A stretch of 64,000 nucleotides of DNA from Octopus bimaculoides (lineage: Eukaryota), in NCBI RefSeq assembly GCF_001194135.2, contig NC_068984.1:84110737-84174736 (forward strand), in the 5' to 3' direction. Shown here in pieces: positions 44,901 through 58,230 of the stretch. The notes beneath the pieces were generated by a model. It was not told where the DNA came from. It ran no database searches and was given only the letters and a program-made list of their open reading frames with translations. A program made the translations under genes and the position numbers. Within the stretch, counting starts at the first letter, position 1, and every line of letters begins with the position of its first letter.

Positions 44901-47457
44901 AAGATTGAAAATAGTGAACAAATTTTAAAACATTTAATAACTTTTAAACATTTACCACAGAAATTGAAAAGTATAAAATAATGAAATGTGAAAGTGCTTT
45001 GAGTTTTTCTTGCTATATATAGACAATATCTCCTTTGTTTTTTATAAATTACTATTGTTATAACAATATTGTCGTGACAGTAAAAGTTAGACTGGCAAGC
45101 AGAAATTAGAAGAGGGAGTGGTCAATGTGAATGAAAGCTGCAGAGTAAGCTTTGGGATTTGAGCAAATTTGTTGTTCAAACTGAACTGTAAAAGTAAAAT
45201 TTGTATTAAACTATATCAAAATTAATATTTTGTGAGATCATTTTAGATTACACCCAAAAGTTTGTTGCATTCAACGTATACAAGATTTTTTGGCATACAG
45301 TACATGGTTGTTTGACCTGCTGTATACAATATCCAAATCTCCCTCAAACTACATGCTATTGTCATAAAGAAATGGATAATGTAGTCTGTGGCATATGGAT
45401 GTAATAGCTTAAATACTTTTGATTATATAGGTTAGATTGGTATGGCTGTCCTGTGGTTAAGCAAGATCATGACAATAGAGAATGGAACTTAAGCTATTTA
45501 TGATGGTAATGATGATTTTGATAATTTTTTTCCAACATGCATTTATAATTGTAACATTGTCATAAAAATTGGACTGTTTAGATTCTGGTTTTAGCTACTT
45601 CTCAAACTAGTTGTACTGGAATTTGATTAAGATAGAGATAGTGAGAGAAAGTGTATGTGTATTGTTATGGGAGGCTCAGCAAGCATTCTGTACACATTCC
45701 TCTTGCAATGCTTAACAATGTGTCTTCTATTTTCTCTTTGTATGCGTTTTAGTACAATTAGATTTACTATAAGTAGCCATAACATTTATCTGTGATTACA
45801 TTTAATATTGAGACTTGACTATTATTGTTAGTACAAAGATCTCTTTTCAGGTCATTTGGGTAACTTTTGTATAGGCTTTTTCTGAAATAATCTGGTGTCT
45901 CCTAGGTTATTTTGTTATGTCTCTAGCACATTTTCTTCAAACATTGACCTAAAGATATTTAAATTGAACATCAACTTTTATCAGTATTACTAATTCCAGG
46001 TCATAGCTGTCATTTTTGCTTCTGATTTACTCAATTTTAACAAAGACAGCTGGTTAAAAATTAAAATTTGCCATAATCACCCAACCACAGATGCAGATAA
46101 ACCAATGAAAGTGAAATAGCAGTCAAATCTCACCTAAACCAGACCCTGCTGACTTTAAAAGGCACATTGATAAATGTAGTCTGGGGTAAATTCTGTTTGG
46201 GAAAAATATGGGATGGTTATTGCATGAATGTCTTTGGTCATAGATCTGCTCATTTTGGACTGGCTGAGATGATGGTGATGAGTTAAACAGACACAAAAGA
46301 AAATTACATAGTGGTTGACTGTTAAGTATATGATATAAGTTCAGACCTTGCTACATTTTTATGTTTCTATACCTCTAAAGAAAACACATTATTTTTGGAT
46401 GTCTTAACTGAATTTGTGTCATTTCCACTTGTTAGTCAGGAAGGAACATCAAACTGTGAAATAATACAGCCAATGAGGGAGCCTCTCTGTGACCAAGGAC
46501 ATGTAAGACAATGTGGTCTGAAATACACTGTATTTGAATAAGGCTGCTACAATACTTTTGATCGTAGGTCTGAAAAATCAGGGCTGACTCAGTGTTAAAC
46601 AAGAACCCAATAATACTTCTCCCATCTTATTTTAACTATTTCCCTATTCTGGCATGAGTTGAACAGGGCAGTATACATCTCAATTCTCTGTTATCTCGTC
46701 TGTGGTCAGATGTTTTCAAATCTGAACTAATTATTTTACTAATATTTTTTTTTGTCCACCATTTCATTAATTACTATCAATTTGCAACACATTTTTTCTA
46801 GCTTATATAAGCCACTTGTATTAAATATGAAAGCAACACTTTTGTTGTTTCTGACAATAAGATAAAAAAAAAAATTAGTCAAAACTCGACACAGTTATCA
46901 AGGAGCTTCTTTTGCCTAGCTCTTCTTCGGTAAGCAGAAAGGTAAATCTTGTGCATTTGAGAGAGACAACTGGGTATAGAAGTTGCCAAGAGAGTCAGCA
47001 ATGCTGGATTCAATGTCTTAATGGAGCTGTATTCTATGTGTAAGTTTGCTGGATGGCCATTGACTCCTTGTTGAGTTCCTCCACCTACGAATCCATTCAC
47101 TTTCCCTCCACACACCAGGATGAGACCCTAGAGTGACACTGTTGGTTTAGTTGTCTATTACCTAATTCTGAAACAGTTAGTACTGATTGTTACAGTTACC
47201 AGTTGCAGATAATTTTTTAATAGTTTAAAAAAAAAATTTAACTTGATCTTACTCTTGCATTACACTCCTTGGTAACAGTTTAATCAAGTTTCTTGCATAG
47301 CTTACCTACAGCTCAAGCAACACTACCGCATTTCTTTTTTTCCTCACATTCAAACAAAAGGCAAGGTCTGAAACTCTACACTCGTCATGAAAACTGAATT
47401 TATCAAACTCTTATTGATTTGTTGTTGATACAGTTTCCTCATACTCTGGAATGTGCT

Positions 47458-48328
47458 GAAAGCAACAGATGGGTGGGAAAAGGGCTTTGGAAAATTCACC
47501 AGATCCAAGTTTTTCCCTTGTGACTTTTATGAAAATGGGTTTTTTTTAACGAAATTTTATATAAATACCTTTCAAACGGCATACATTACAGATGCCTAAT
47601 GTGCCGTAAACTCCTTACTTTTGTTTGGAAAAAAGTGGGGGACCCCAATAAATGCGTTTTTGAAGGTGAGATGCGAAACTGCATTAGCCACTTTTCTTTA
47701 CCCATATTTTAGGATAACATTTTGCAGAAATACGTTTTCTAGAGTGTGGATTACATTAGATTGAAAATTCAAACAAGTTTGAAAAGAATAATAAGTGAAA
47801 ATGCTGAAGTTATAAAAAATAGTAGTGACGAAGTCTGAACAGGAGAGAGAAAGAATGATACAAAATCCTTACAAAAACCACGTTAGTGTTTGTGTGCGTG
47901 AAACAAGTAAAATTATAATATTAAAACAAAATATCTTTTACATACCTCTTAAAAATCACTGGATATATTAATCCCAGATTGCAGATTGTGGCATATTAGG
48001 TCACAGTAATTCATACATCGAAAAAAGAAAAAAACATTTTCCAATAATTCNNNNNNNNNNGGTATATATATACAATTTCATTAAAAGGTATCCATTTTCC
48101 TTAAAGTTACAAGGGAAAAAATCGGATGTTGTGAATTTTTCAAAGTCCTCTCCCCATTCCTTCGGAAAAGATTTTTATCTACAAATTTCATTATAATCCC
48201 AATGTATGCCATTTGAAAGGTATTTATATAAAATTTCATTAAAAAAAAGAACCATTTTCCTTAAAGTTATGAGGGAAAAACTCGGATCTTGTGAATTTTC
48301 CGAAATCCTCCCCCTTCCTGTTGCTTTC
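47458..48328. mobile_element. Fold-back / MITE-like element with about 130-bp imperfect terminal inverted repeats
   Basis: 47458-47587 is the reverse complement of 48201-48328. A further direct copy of the right arm lies at about 48061-48165, next to a 10-N gap. Confidence 0.7.
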
Positions 48329-49487
48329 CACGCATTTTTGTTTTCATATTCACTTTCTACACCATTTTTTACACCTGTTGCACTCTTTTTTTTTTTTAAT
48401 TTCATTTCTAGGTAATAATGTCAACATTAACCATAGATTTTACTCTTTCCTACATACATCTGCCAAATCTTTTCATAGATATTTTTTTATCAGATAGCAT
48501 TGTAAAGTTGACAGACCTGACTCAACTTATTCCTCTGTAATCACTGTTGACTCTTTCTATATTCATTTCAGTATGACACTTGATGCAATTTATGTAGTAT
48601 GTTCCTCTCCTATGAAGAAGAATATTATATTAACAGTTCTGTATTCTTTCCAATCTCAGCTGCTATTTTCTCTCTAGCTTTCCCCTTCAGCACTAATTAC
48701 ATAATCTAAATAATAGAAACTCTTTCAGCAAGCCTGCTGAGCAGTCCATGTCTTCCAGTTCTCATCTGTTCATTACTTTATGCATCTAATTCATCTGAAG
48801 CTTGGTTTCCCTGCCAGTCTACCAGAGATTCCTTTATATCTGTTGCTTCTAATCATGTCTATTGTTCATAATTTGATTTCTGGCCTGAGCAATGTTAATT
48901 GTCTCTTTGAACAAGATGCTTCATTTCACCTTACTCCATGGTACTCAGTTGAAAAGAATATCAGGCGAGTGCTGGTGTAGCCCTCCTTGATGTTCTCCTT
49001 GGACAAGGGTTTGGAGAGCCAAGAGGGTATCTATTTTCTCTTGTGATTACATCGACATCTAAAACAGTTAGCAAAAATATGGTGAATCACAGCTATGGGG
49101 TTTTTTTTGGGGTTTTTTTTTTGTAATGAAAACACAATACTGAGTATTTGTGTAATTTTTTTCTAAATATCAAGTCAGACAACTTTTGCAGTTCCTGCTA
49201 CTAACTTATTCTTTAGTCTTGTTTATGTTCACTTTCTGTTTTTTTACTACCATGCTTTGAACTTCTGCAGATCTTTAATTTATTTGATTGTTTTTATTAC
49301 TCATCTCCAGATGAGCCTTGATCTAGCAGACCTATGACTAAAGCCGTTCCAACTGTGACCACCTTGTTTTTTCAGACAGTCTATTCTGAACTATGCCATG
49401 CAATATGTTTCTCCATTTTTTTCAAGATGGTTGTAATTTGAAGGGCTTTTGGCTGCTATTTCCAGCTAGTCAAGCACTCATGTAGAA

Positions 49488-49633
49488 CAGTCATTGGCAA
49501 ACTGTGGCCCACAAGACTTATTGAATGGCATGGCCAATGAAAAATAACCTTCAGTTGTTTTAGTAGTGCAGCCCACCTGATAATGAGCCATGTCTGGCGT
49601 GGCCCACTTCTTGAAAAAGTTTGCCCATGACTG
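49488..49633. mobile_element. hAT MITE, 146 bp, same family as 17871-18035
   Basis: TIRs CAGTCATTGGCAAACT and AGTTTGCCCATGACTG; TSD ATGTAGAA/ATGAAGAA (7/8). Confidence 0.8.
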
Positions 49634-50108
49634 ATGAAGAAACGTTTTTGACTTATTTTACATATTATTAGAGTAGGTATTGAATGTGTTCCCTTGAGTT
49701 CATTGTTGCCATTGTGAAATGATAGTGTTCTCATTACTCAGTGTGGTTGAGATATTAGTTGTTGGAATAATATTGGAGGGTCACACATATGTAAAATAAT
49801 TGAAAAACTATGATTAGCCGAAATTATCCATGTAATTAATTCACAAAAATTCTTTGCCTCTTTTTCAGATTTCAGATATCCTTAGATGTTTTTGTAATGA
49901 TAATCTGATTTTTTTTAATTGCAATTTGAACAAATGCTCTTTTTTTTTTTCATGCAGCAGAATTTGAACTAAAAATCTTTCAGTTATTGTTCTTTATTGT
50001 AAATTAACTGATTTCTGTTGCTTTTTTCCTTAATTTTTTGTTCCTTTAAATTTTCACTATTGTGTGTGCATGAGAGTAAACGTATATAGGATTCTGTTAT
50101 GATTTCAG

Positions 50109-50186
50109 GGTATATATGTGACGTATATTCATGAAAATGGTCCTGCTGCACGAACTGGGCTTCAGGTTCATGACAAAATACTTCAG
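50109..50186 (+). CDS. TAX1BP3: TAX1BP3 exon 3 (GIYVTYIHENGPAARTGLQVHDKILQ)
   Basis: Acceptor atttcag and donor CAG|GTGAGT; 78 nt. Canonical PDZ core GIYVT..GPA..GL...DKILQ. Confidence 0.96.
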
Positions 50187-50542
50187 GTGAGTGAATTTAG
50201 TTTATTACTTAAATTAATTTTCTTTAAACTGTAGAAAATATCATTGAAAATATACTAGGCTACTGTTCAGGACAAACCTTGCTTCAGTCATTGCACAGTG
50301 GTCTTAATGTACAGTGGTTATAGAATACTAATGTTTCAGTTATCAGGAGATATTCAAATACCTGTTCTTTTCCTTTATCTATGACTGAATCTTGTAAATG
50401 GGACAGAATGAGACATTAGGGCAGAATTCCACATTTTTTTATCAATTGTGTACATTTATTTACTGATTCATTCACAGCTACTTATTAAGTGAAAGTTGTG
50501 TTTCGTTGATGAAGTCAGAATAAGAGTGAAACATTTTCAGAA

Positions 50543-50578
<36 letters not shown>

Positions 50579-51438
50579 CTAAAAAAAAAAATTGAAAATA
50601 ATGTTAGTAATTGACTTGTATTGTTTTTCCTTCACCACATATTTATATTTCTTGTTTAACTTTTAAAATTTACAATGATTTAACCTTTTAGCATTCAGTT
50701 TACTCTGTCAAATGTAATGCTTATTTATTCATATTATTTTGAATTAATCATGCATTATCTTGTAACTTTGAGATTTTGATGATGTTATTCTTTATTTTTA
50801 GAAAGGCATTGTGAGAGGCATGATCTAGCCAGTTTTGACATAAGACATAGAATATTTAGGCCAGATCTGGCTGGTTTGGTTGTGAAAGGGTTAGCTCTTT
50901 CTTACCTTTAGGAAGTTCTCAGTAGACAGAACTATTACCACTGATTAAGTTCCTATCTTTGTTGTGGATACCACCATGGCAATTAAAACACAAAACTGAA
51001 CCACTCCAGCAGAACCCCCCTTTCCTTGTCAGGAAATAGTTCTGCAACCACCTCCAGTGGACTCTACCTAAGCTGAGTTGTTAATAAGATTATAATTTCT
51101 CAAAAAGTTATGAACTTCATCTTGAGATATGAAAACCATTAATATCTAGATGTTGAAACCTAGTGGATAAAGTTGTTGCTCACTTTTGTTTAGAGATAAA
51201 GTTTTGTAGTTTAAATCCCGTCTGGTACTATGTAAATATCCAGAATATCAATGTGATGACTATTGAAAATCAAAGTGATTGAAATATTATGTGGATGTCA
51301 ATTACATCTTAAAAGATATATTCATTTGTAAAGTGTGAAAAATAACAATCTTTTTACTGACTGTTGCCATGTGCTTGTGTATGAATAATGAAATGGATTT
51401 CCATATATATAAACTTTGTGTCTCTATGCATTTTCTAG

Positions 51439-51639
51439 GTGAATGGTCATGACATGACTGTAGCTACACACAAAAAGGCTGTAGAATATATCCAACGGAA
51501 GCCAGTTCTAAATATGTTAGTTTACCGTAAAGGTGTGCCTCCACTACAGAAATCTCCTAGCCAGCAGCAAACACAGTTCCAGGCATACAACCAACAAGAC
51601 TATTCACCGCAGGCACAGTACCAACAGCGGCAGTACTAA
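51439..51639 (+). CDS. TAX1BP3: TAX1BP3 exon 4, terminal (VNGHDMTVATHKKAVEYIQRKPVLNMLVYRK...QRQY-stop)
   Basis: Acceptor ttttctag; PDZ VNG.DMT..TH..A motif; TAA at 51637-51639. Confidence 0.95.
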   Translation: MNGHDMTVATHKKAVEYIQRKPVLNMLVYRKGVPPLQKSPSQQQTQFQAYNQQDYSPQAQYQQRQY

Positions 51640-52001
51640 TCATCTCATTGCACATTCTCTGTCTCTCTCACTTCTCTCTTTCTCTCTCTTCAACATACAT
51701 CACTTTACATCATTATCATTTTCATCTGATTAATTTTTATCAGATGCCAACACCATTTTTTTCTCACAACAAAAATATCTCATATTCTCTTTCCTTTATT
51801 TTTTTCTATTTTTTCTTCAACTTATAAACACAAATTGTGAATGAATGTATGTATGTGTTTGTGTGTGTATGTATGTGAACTGGCTCCATTTCTTTGTTGG
51901 AATAACTTCAATGCTATGAAGATAGCAGCACTTGTTTCCTTTCTGCTCTGTATGTTAGGCTTTATGCCTCAATAAGAAATCCTATTATTGTTTGTGTCTG
52001 T

Positions 52002-52042
<41 letters not shown>

Positions 52043-52156
52043 GAATATTTTTACTGTTTAAATCTTTTTGTGTCTCTTTGTTATTTTGCCCTTCTTTCTT
52101 AGAAATCTTGGATATATTATCTGAAAATCAGGTGCCATAATCATATTGTATAACTA

Positions 52157-52162
52157 AATAAA
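52157..52162 (+). terminator. Candidate proximal polyadenylation signal of TAX1BP3
   Basis: First AATAAA I found after the stop codon (about 520 nt downstream), followed by T-rich sequence. Confidence 0.4.
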
Positions 52163-52499
52163 AATGAACTACCTTTGAATTACACTCATATTTTTATCAC
52201 CATTTTATTGAGTTTGTGAATCTTGAACTGTTTCTAAAAATGGAAATGTATTTAAGTAAATGATCTGCCTTGTGTGTGTGTGTGTTGTGTTCATTTGAAG
52301 TTGGGGATTCATTTTGTTGCTATTCAGAGACTCTTCATTTGGTTGTTACTTGAAGGATTGCATGTAGCAAGAATCTATTGAACAGTGGTGGAGAGAATCC
52401 TCAGCTTTGCATAAGTAAGTTCTACTATATATATTGAATATACTTTCTCTCATTTGTACATCCTTGTGTGTGTTGCGAGGTCAGGCAGCCAAATTAAGA

Positions 52500-53310
52500 C
52501 AGTTTGTGTTTATATTTTGTGTATGTTTATTTGAAAGGATATCATTTAATGTTACAATTGACTGAATACAAATATGGAAAACTGAGCATGCCTTCTAACA
52601 TCATCCACAGACCTGAATGCCTTTCTAATGGCAGTCTTCAGCTTAGTGACATTGCTGTGAGCTGTTGCATTGGACATGTGCTCAATGATGCTCCACATCC
52701 AAAAATCGTAACAATACAGATCTGACAAGCTAGACTCCCTTGGAGACAAATAGTGAAAGCTTCATCTTGAAATAATCCTGCACATGCTCTGATATAGGTC
52801 TTATTGCAGACTCTTGGATGAACATAACCTCATTCAGATTAGAATGTCTAATAATCTATATTACTGGAATTCTATCAAGGATGTTTGACTATTTAGTCAT
52901 GTTGATAAAATTTTCTTCGATAAAATGAGGTGGTATCACTTAGCTTTTGTTTGCAATGGCTTACTCCCAACACCATCACTGAGGTAGGATCTTATTTTGT
53001 AAGACAGCAATAACTTCAGAAGGCTGAAAAGCAATAACCCTGCCATTGTGATGATTAATGACTTGTCTAACCATGAATTTGTTTTTGTTGACAAAGATCT
53101 TTACTTTCCTTCCCATATGATTCAGATAATTGAAAAGCTTTGGGGCTCTCTCAACCCTAATAGCTTTAGAGCAGGCTGTGAGAATGCATCAACACCATTG
53201 AATATTGACTTTATACTTAAGTAGCTTTTAACAGCTTTAACTATTGTCTTCCTGCTCACATTGTGGTCTTTGGCAAGCTGATAGTGATTTTTGTGGTCTT
53301 TGGTAATGAT
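52500..53310 (-). mobile_element. Tc1/mariner DDE transposase relic downstream of the TAX1BP3 stop codon
   Basis: LAKDHNVSRKTIVKAVKS, SVMVLGV, FIQESA and DLYCYDFWMWSIIE..NATAHSNVTKLKTAIRKAF motifs, with stops and frameshifts. Confidence 0.85.
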
Positions 53311-53793
53311 AATGATTTTCTGTGATAAATCATTTCAAATCAGCCTGAAAGGTACAGGTACACTTGCAATCACTGTGGGTAAAATGACTAGGGAATATCT
53401 GAGCCTTTAGTTTACCCAGAGTACAGTAAACTGTTCCCTTTTTATACTTTGTATTGATAATGATGTCATAAAGGCCTTGCTCAGCATGGCTCATTTCAGC
53501 AATAACATTTTGTAGCAGTGATTCCCTAACTTGAGTATAATCTATCACAATGTGTAATTAAAAAAAGGACAAAGTCAATATTTTAGACTTGTTACATATA
53601 AAATATTAGCTCTTAATTCATGGTATCATAATATTTTAAAAGTGGGTTCAATTTAGCTGCCTCTGTGTGTGTGTATTTGAATTTCAATCTGCGTTGTGAA
53701 TAATCTGTGTAATAATAATTGTTGTTTTCAGTTTTACACTTTGATGTTAGAAGCAGATTTATTTCAAACTGCCACCATTTATTATTAATAGCA

Positions 53794-53830
<37 letters not shown>

Positions 53831-54156
53831 GTATTTATTAGGTGGGTGTCATAGTTTATAACTCATCCACTTTGTGATTTTCTAAATAATTTCTCATATT
53901 TTTCATTTTTTTCTCCCATTTCTTTTTAAAAAATTCATGTACAGTGTTTCTGACTGATTCTATTGTTGTTTCCTGTTATAAACAATATGAAATATTTATA
54001 GATAAACCTTTTTTGGCATCTGTGGAAATCAATTAAAACAAAGTAAAACATTATCAGCCGACTGTTCTAAGTCAGATTTGAAATCCTGCCGATCCAAATC
54101 CTCTATTTTATTTATATTTGTTTTTTAAATTTATTTTTTCATTATTACTATTCCTT

Positions 54157-54197
<41 letters not shown>

Positions 54198-55721
54198 TTT
54201 TTTGTTTCTGAGCATGAGATAGTTGCCAAGTTATTTAGTCCAGGTCAGACATGATCTAGCTGACTTTTGGATCGAAGGTGTTCTGACCAAGAACCATTTT
54301 CCCCAAGGTGCAAAGTATGAAGTCCTATTTCTTTAGAGGATACGGTGTTACTTGAGGGAGATTTAGCTCAAGTCAAACGATCATACAGCAGCTTGCTCAT
54401 TGGTTCATGGAATGTATTGTGTCTAATGTATGTGTACTTATTAGTGGGTGGGGGAACAAATACAGAAGGCCAACTGTATACAGGGTCTTTGGCTATAAGG
54501 TCTGTATTTTTAGTTTTTTTATAATCACACATTGGACTGCATGTACTTGTGGTTGGTCAAGTGACTGTGATAATTTCAGTAATGAAATGGTTTGTTTGCT
54601 TGTCTTACTACCTGATCTATTCATACACTGTCATGACAGTGTGCCTTCCTTCGCGTTCTTGTACCAGACAAACCCTGTAACAGAACAGCAGTCAGTTACC
54701 AACTGTCTCTAATAGATGTTTGGCTGATCACATAAAAGGGTGTGACATGTACTGACAAAGTATGCACCTTTGTTTTAATTGTAAGCATCGATGGCAGTGC
54801 CCTGACATGACCACAATTCACAGGATGGAACCAATAAAAGAGTATGCTGCGCACGCACACACACACACACAAACACACACAAATGAGTTAGAATGCATTC
54901 TTGATATAACTTGCTGGACTGTATAATAATTTATTCTTAATGAGGATGTTTGTAGAAGAAAAGAAGAAAAAAAAAATATTATTGATGTTATGAAATATGT
55001 GGTGCTAGTATAATTGTTGAATAGTTTGATCCTTCTTATGAATTCTTAATTCAAAGAACTTGGTTTATTTCCAGATCTTATTATCTTAATAATAACTAAA
55101 AATGAAAGGAAAATAGAAACCAAAGAAGTGAAGTGCCATCATTATGGATCTCACTGCTATTGATTTGGTTTTACTTTGACATTGATGCCATTTCATTTAG
55201 CTTTTGTATGCTTGAGAAATGGATGGACATCACAACATTCAGTTTTCCTGCTCTTATAAATCTAAGGCTTTGTGCTCAATTTAAAAAAAAAAAAAATTTT
55301 TTTTATCAATAACTGTAAAAAGCAGTTTTTGAAATGTCAAATTTCTCCTTTTGTAGAAAAGTGTCTGGAAGATTCTATTGATTTAATCTTGTGATTAATT
55401 TTTTTTCTTTTCTTTTTTTTTTTTTTGTGAGGAGGAGGGACCAGTATTCCTACTATATCTGCTATGAGAAAAATATATTTTGGGTATTTTTGCTTTTTGG
55501 TTTTGATCAACCATTAGTCTTTCCTTACTCAGATGTCTATTCAGAAACGTTTTATGTTTTTTTTTGTTTTTTGTTTGTTTTCTTTTTTTTTTAAATATTT
55601 TTCTGGGATAGATTTACTCCATTGATGTCTGTGTCAGATGATTATAAACTGCTGTTAATGTGTAATTGTGGCCAAAATGTGAATATTGTAGTAATTACTG
55701 ATTACTAATGTAAAGATTATC

Positions 55722-55765
<44 letters not shown>

Positions 55766-57312
55766 AATTGTGATGAATGCCAAATTTATGATTTTTCACC
55801 CCTGTTTGGAACCATCTCAATTCATGACTTGACTGTTTGAAAATGCATGAGCCTCACAACTTCCTGTGCCCTAAAAATGTCAGGTTTCATGTCTTAATAA
55901 GAAGCAGTTATTACTATTTAGTCTCTATTGTAAATATTATCGTGATAACCATGTTAGTAAGAAGTTATCATGTTAGTAAGAAGTACTGTACCATATGATA
56001 GTATATGACACTTGTTAGATTCATCAATGTTTATCTGTTCTTAAGATCTGTCATTCATCAATATTTTTTTACTTCGAAGATGATGATGATGATGCAATTG
56101 ATCTAACTTGAAATATATATTGTCCTCAATGTTGGCTCCTGCCAACTCTGATTAGAAAATGTTGCATGTGTTTAAAACTTGTTATACTATTTTTATGTGA
56201 ATTTGGGTTCTCTGTTAAACTGCAGGCTTAAGTTGAAGTTTGGATTTTGTGTTGACTCAGAGGCTCAAAATGAAATGTGGATAATTATAGACTATAAAAT
56301 TATTGGGTTCTGTTAAATCAACTCAAAATGAAATGTTGAGAGAAATATATATATATATACTGTAATGTATTTGATCCCCTGATGAGCCAGAAGCACAGTA
56401 TGATTTATGAAGACATATATACCACAAAATTTTGGATTTTCTATTGAGCTTGTATCTCAGAAGATGCTAAGAATAAAACAATGATTGGCTCTTGATGGAG
56501 CTACCTGCTGAAAATGAGGTTTGGATCAAATGGAAGAAAAATTGATCTGTGAATTTTGACATTTTGTGACTTTGTTGTATTCAGTTAATATTTTATGGTT
56601 AGTGTATATTTTTTTTAACCTTTAAATTGTCTGTGGAGATTTCCACCCAATTCTCCTTTCCCCAAAGAAAATAATTATTCATCGATTCGTAAAGAAAGAT
56701 CTTAATGATTTTTATTTTTCTATATATATTTTTTTAAATGTTTCAAATTAATTTCCAAATTTTACTGAATGTCATTCTAGTAAAGTTGTATTAGGAGCTA
56801 ATGCTATTAAATTTTCATATTATTTTTGTAGATTTTTCTTGTTTTTATCTCGTTTTATACAGTTTTAGATCTGCAGTGGCTAAGAAAAGACTACCTCTTG
56901 CTTCATTCTTTATATTAATGCATACATCTGCAAGTGCTTGTATGATTGTCCTAGGATAAGAAATAAATGCTTCCATAATTAAGAAACTATTCTGTAAGTT
57001 TTCTCCCCTTATAAATTTGCTTCATAAACTTCTGTCTGTGACTAAAGAGATTATTCAAATGCACTCATGAATGTAATTAAGGATTCTATCTTCTCCTCCT
57101 AGTCACTCAAACTAAGGCCAAAGATTTTTTTTTTGTTAATTTTGCTTTTTTTTTCCCCTCCTACCGCAGCTGTGTTTTTGTATATTGCTCATTGTTGTCT
57201 GAATATTTGTTTCTGAGAGTCTAGAGAAATTATAATAATGATAATAACCAGACAAGTTAATGCCTGGGCTGTTTTGTCTTATTGTTTCCATGATTGTGTA
57301 ATAAAAAAAGTC

Positions 57313-57425
57313 AATAAAATACATGAAAATTTCATTAACTTATTTTGATTTTAAACATTTATTGCATTTTAATTTTTAAGCGGCATTTTGGATCAAATTA
57401 CATGACACAAGTTTAATAGAATAAA
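57313..57425 (+). terminator. Candidate distal polyadenylation signals (AATAAA 57313-57318, 57420-57425)
   Basis: Located at the end of a long U-rich, SINE-poor tract, just before repeats resume. Confidence 0.3.
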
Positions 57426-57649
57426 GCTGTGTGAGCAACATCTGTGATCCAGTATATACATACATGTATATGCATTAGTAGCACAGCAGATAAGAGCATT
57501 ACCATCATTAGTGTAGAAATATAAGTGCTTCGTTTGAATCTAGTGCTGTGCTATGTACTTAAAATGGTTAATTGGAAAAGGAAGGAGAGATAAAGTTAGA
57601 AAAATAGTGAGACAGAAATCGATGGTGTTGGAGATGCATTAGGACCTTT

Positions 57650-58230
57650 TGTGAAGTAACACAACATGGTGGTTAGGGTGTTGATCACATGGTCATTAGT
57701 TCATGGGCTTCATGGATTGGGCAGCATGTTGCATCCTTGAGCAAGATACTTCATATGGCTTCAGTCCACATGAGTATTAATGACATCTGGGGAGTTAGTC
57801 CTGTGGTGGACGAGTGTCCCATTCAGTGCAGTTGAGTCTTGTACTCTGTCACTTAAATGCCTTGGAAACCAGAATAAGCTGTGGCCAAATGTGCCTGTAG
57901 ACTTGATATCATTCAATGTGAGTTATGCCAGTGGAGTACAAACTGCTGGTAAGGCTTCCCTTGCTGGAAAGGTCAAAGGTTAGAGGTTGGCCTAATATGG
58001 ACCATCTCTAAACAGAAGTAAAAAATGGGTTTGCACAGGGCCAACATCCCTACCTAGGAAAAAGCAAAGTCACAAAAGGTCAACAATTCAAAGAGTCAAT
58101 AAGACCTCTGGAAAATGTATGATGAAAAGCAGGGATCCAGCGGGAGAGAAGCAGAAAAAACAGACCGAAGTTGAAAACAGTGGAGAAGTCAATGGCTTAT
58201 GCTCCAAAGGCAGCAAAGGACTTAATTTAT
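57650..58230 (+). mobile_element. Degenerate SINE/RTE-like composite
   Basis: tRNA-like head, a CCTGTGGTGGACGAGTGTCCCATTCAG core, and an RTE-like 3' end ATGGCTTATGCTCCAAAGGCAGCAAAGGACT. Confidence 0.45.
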
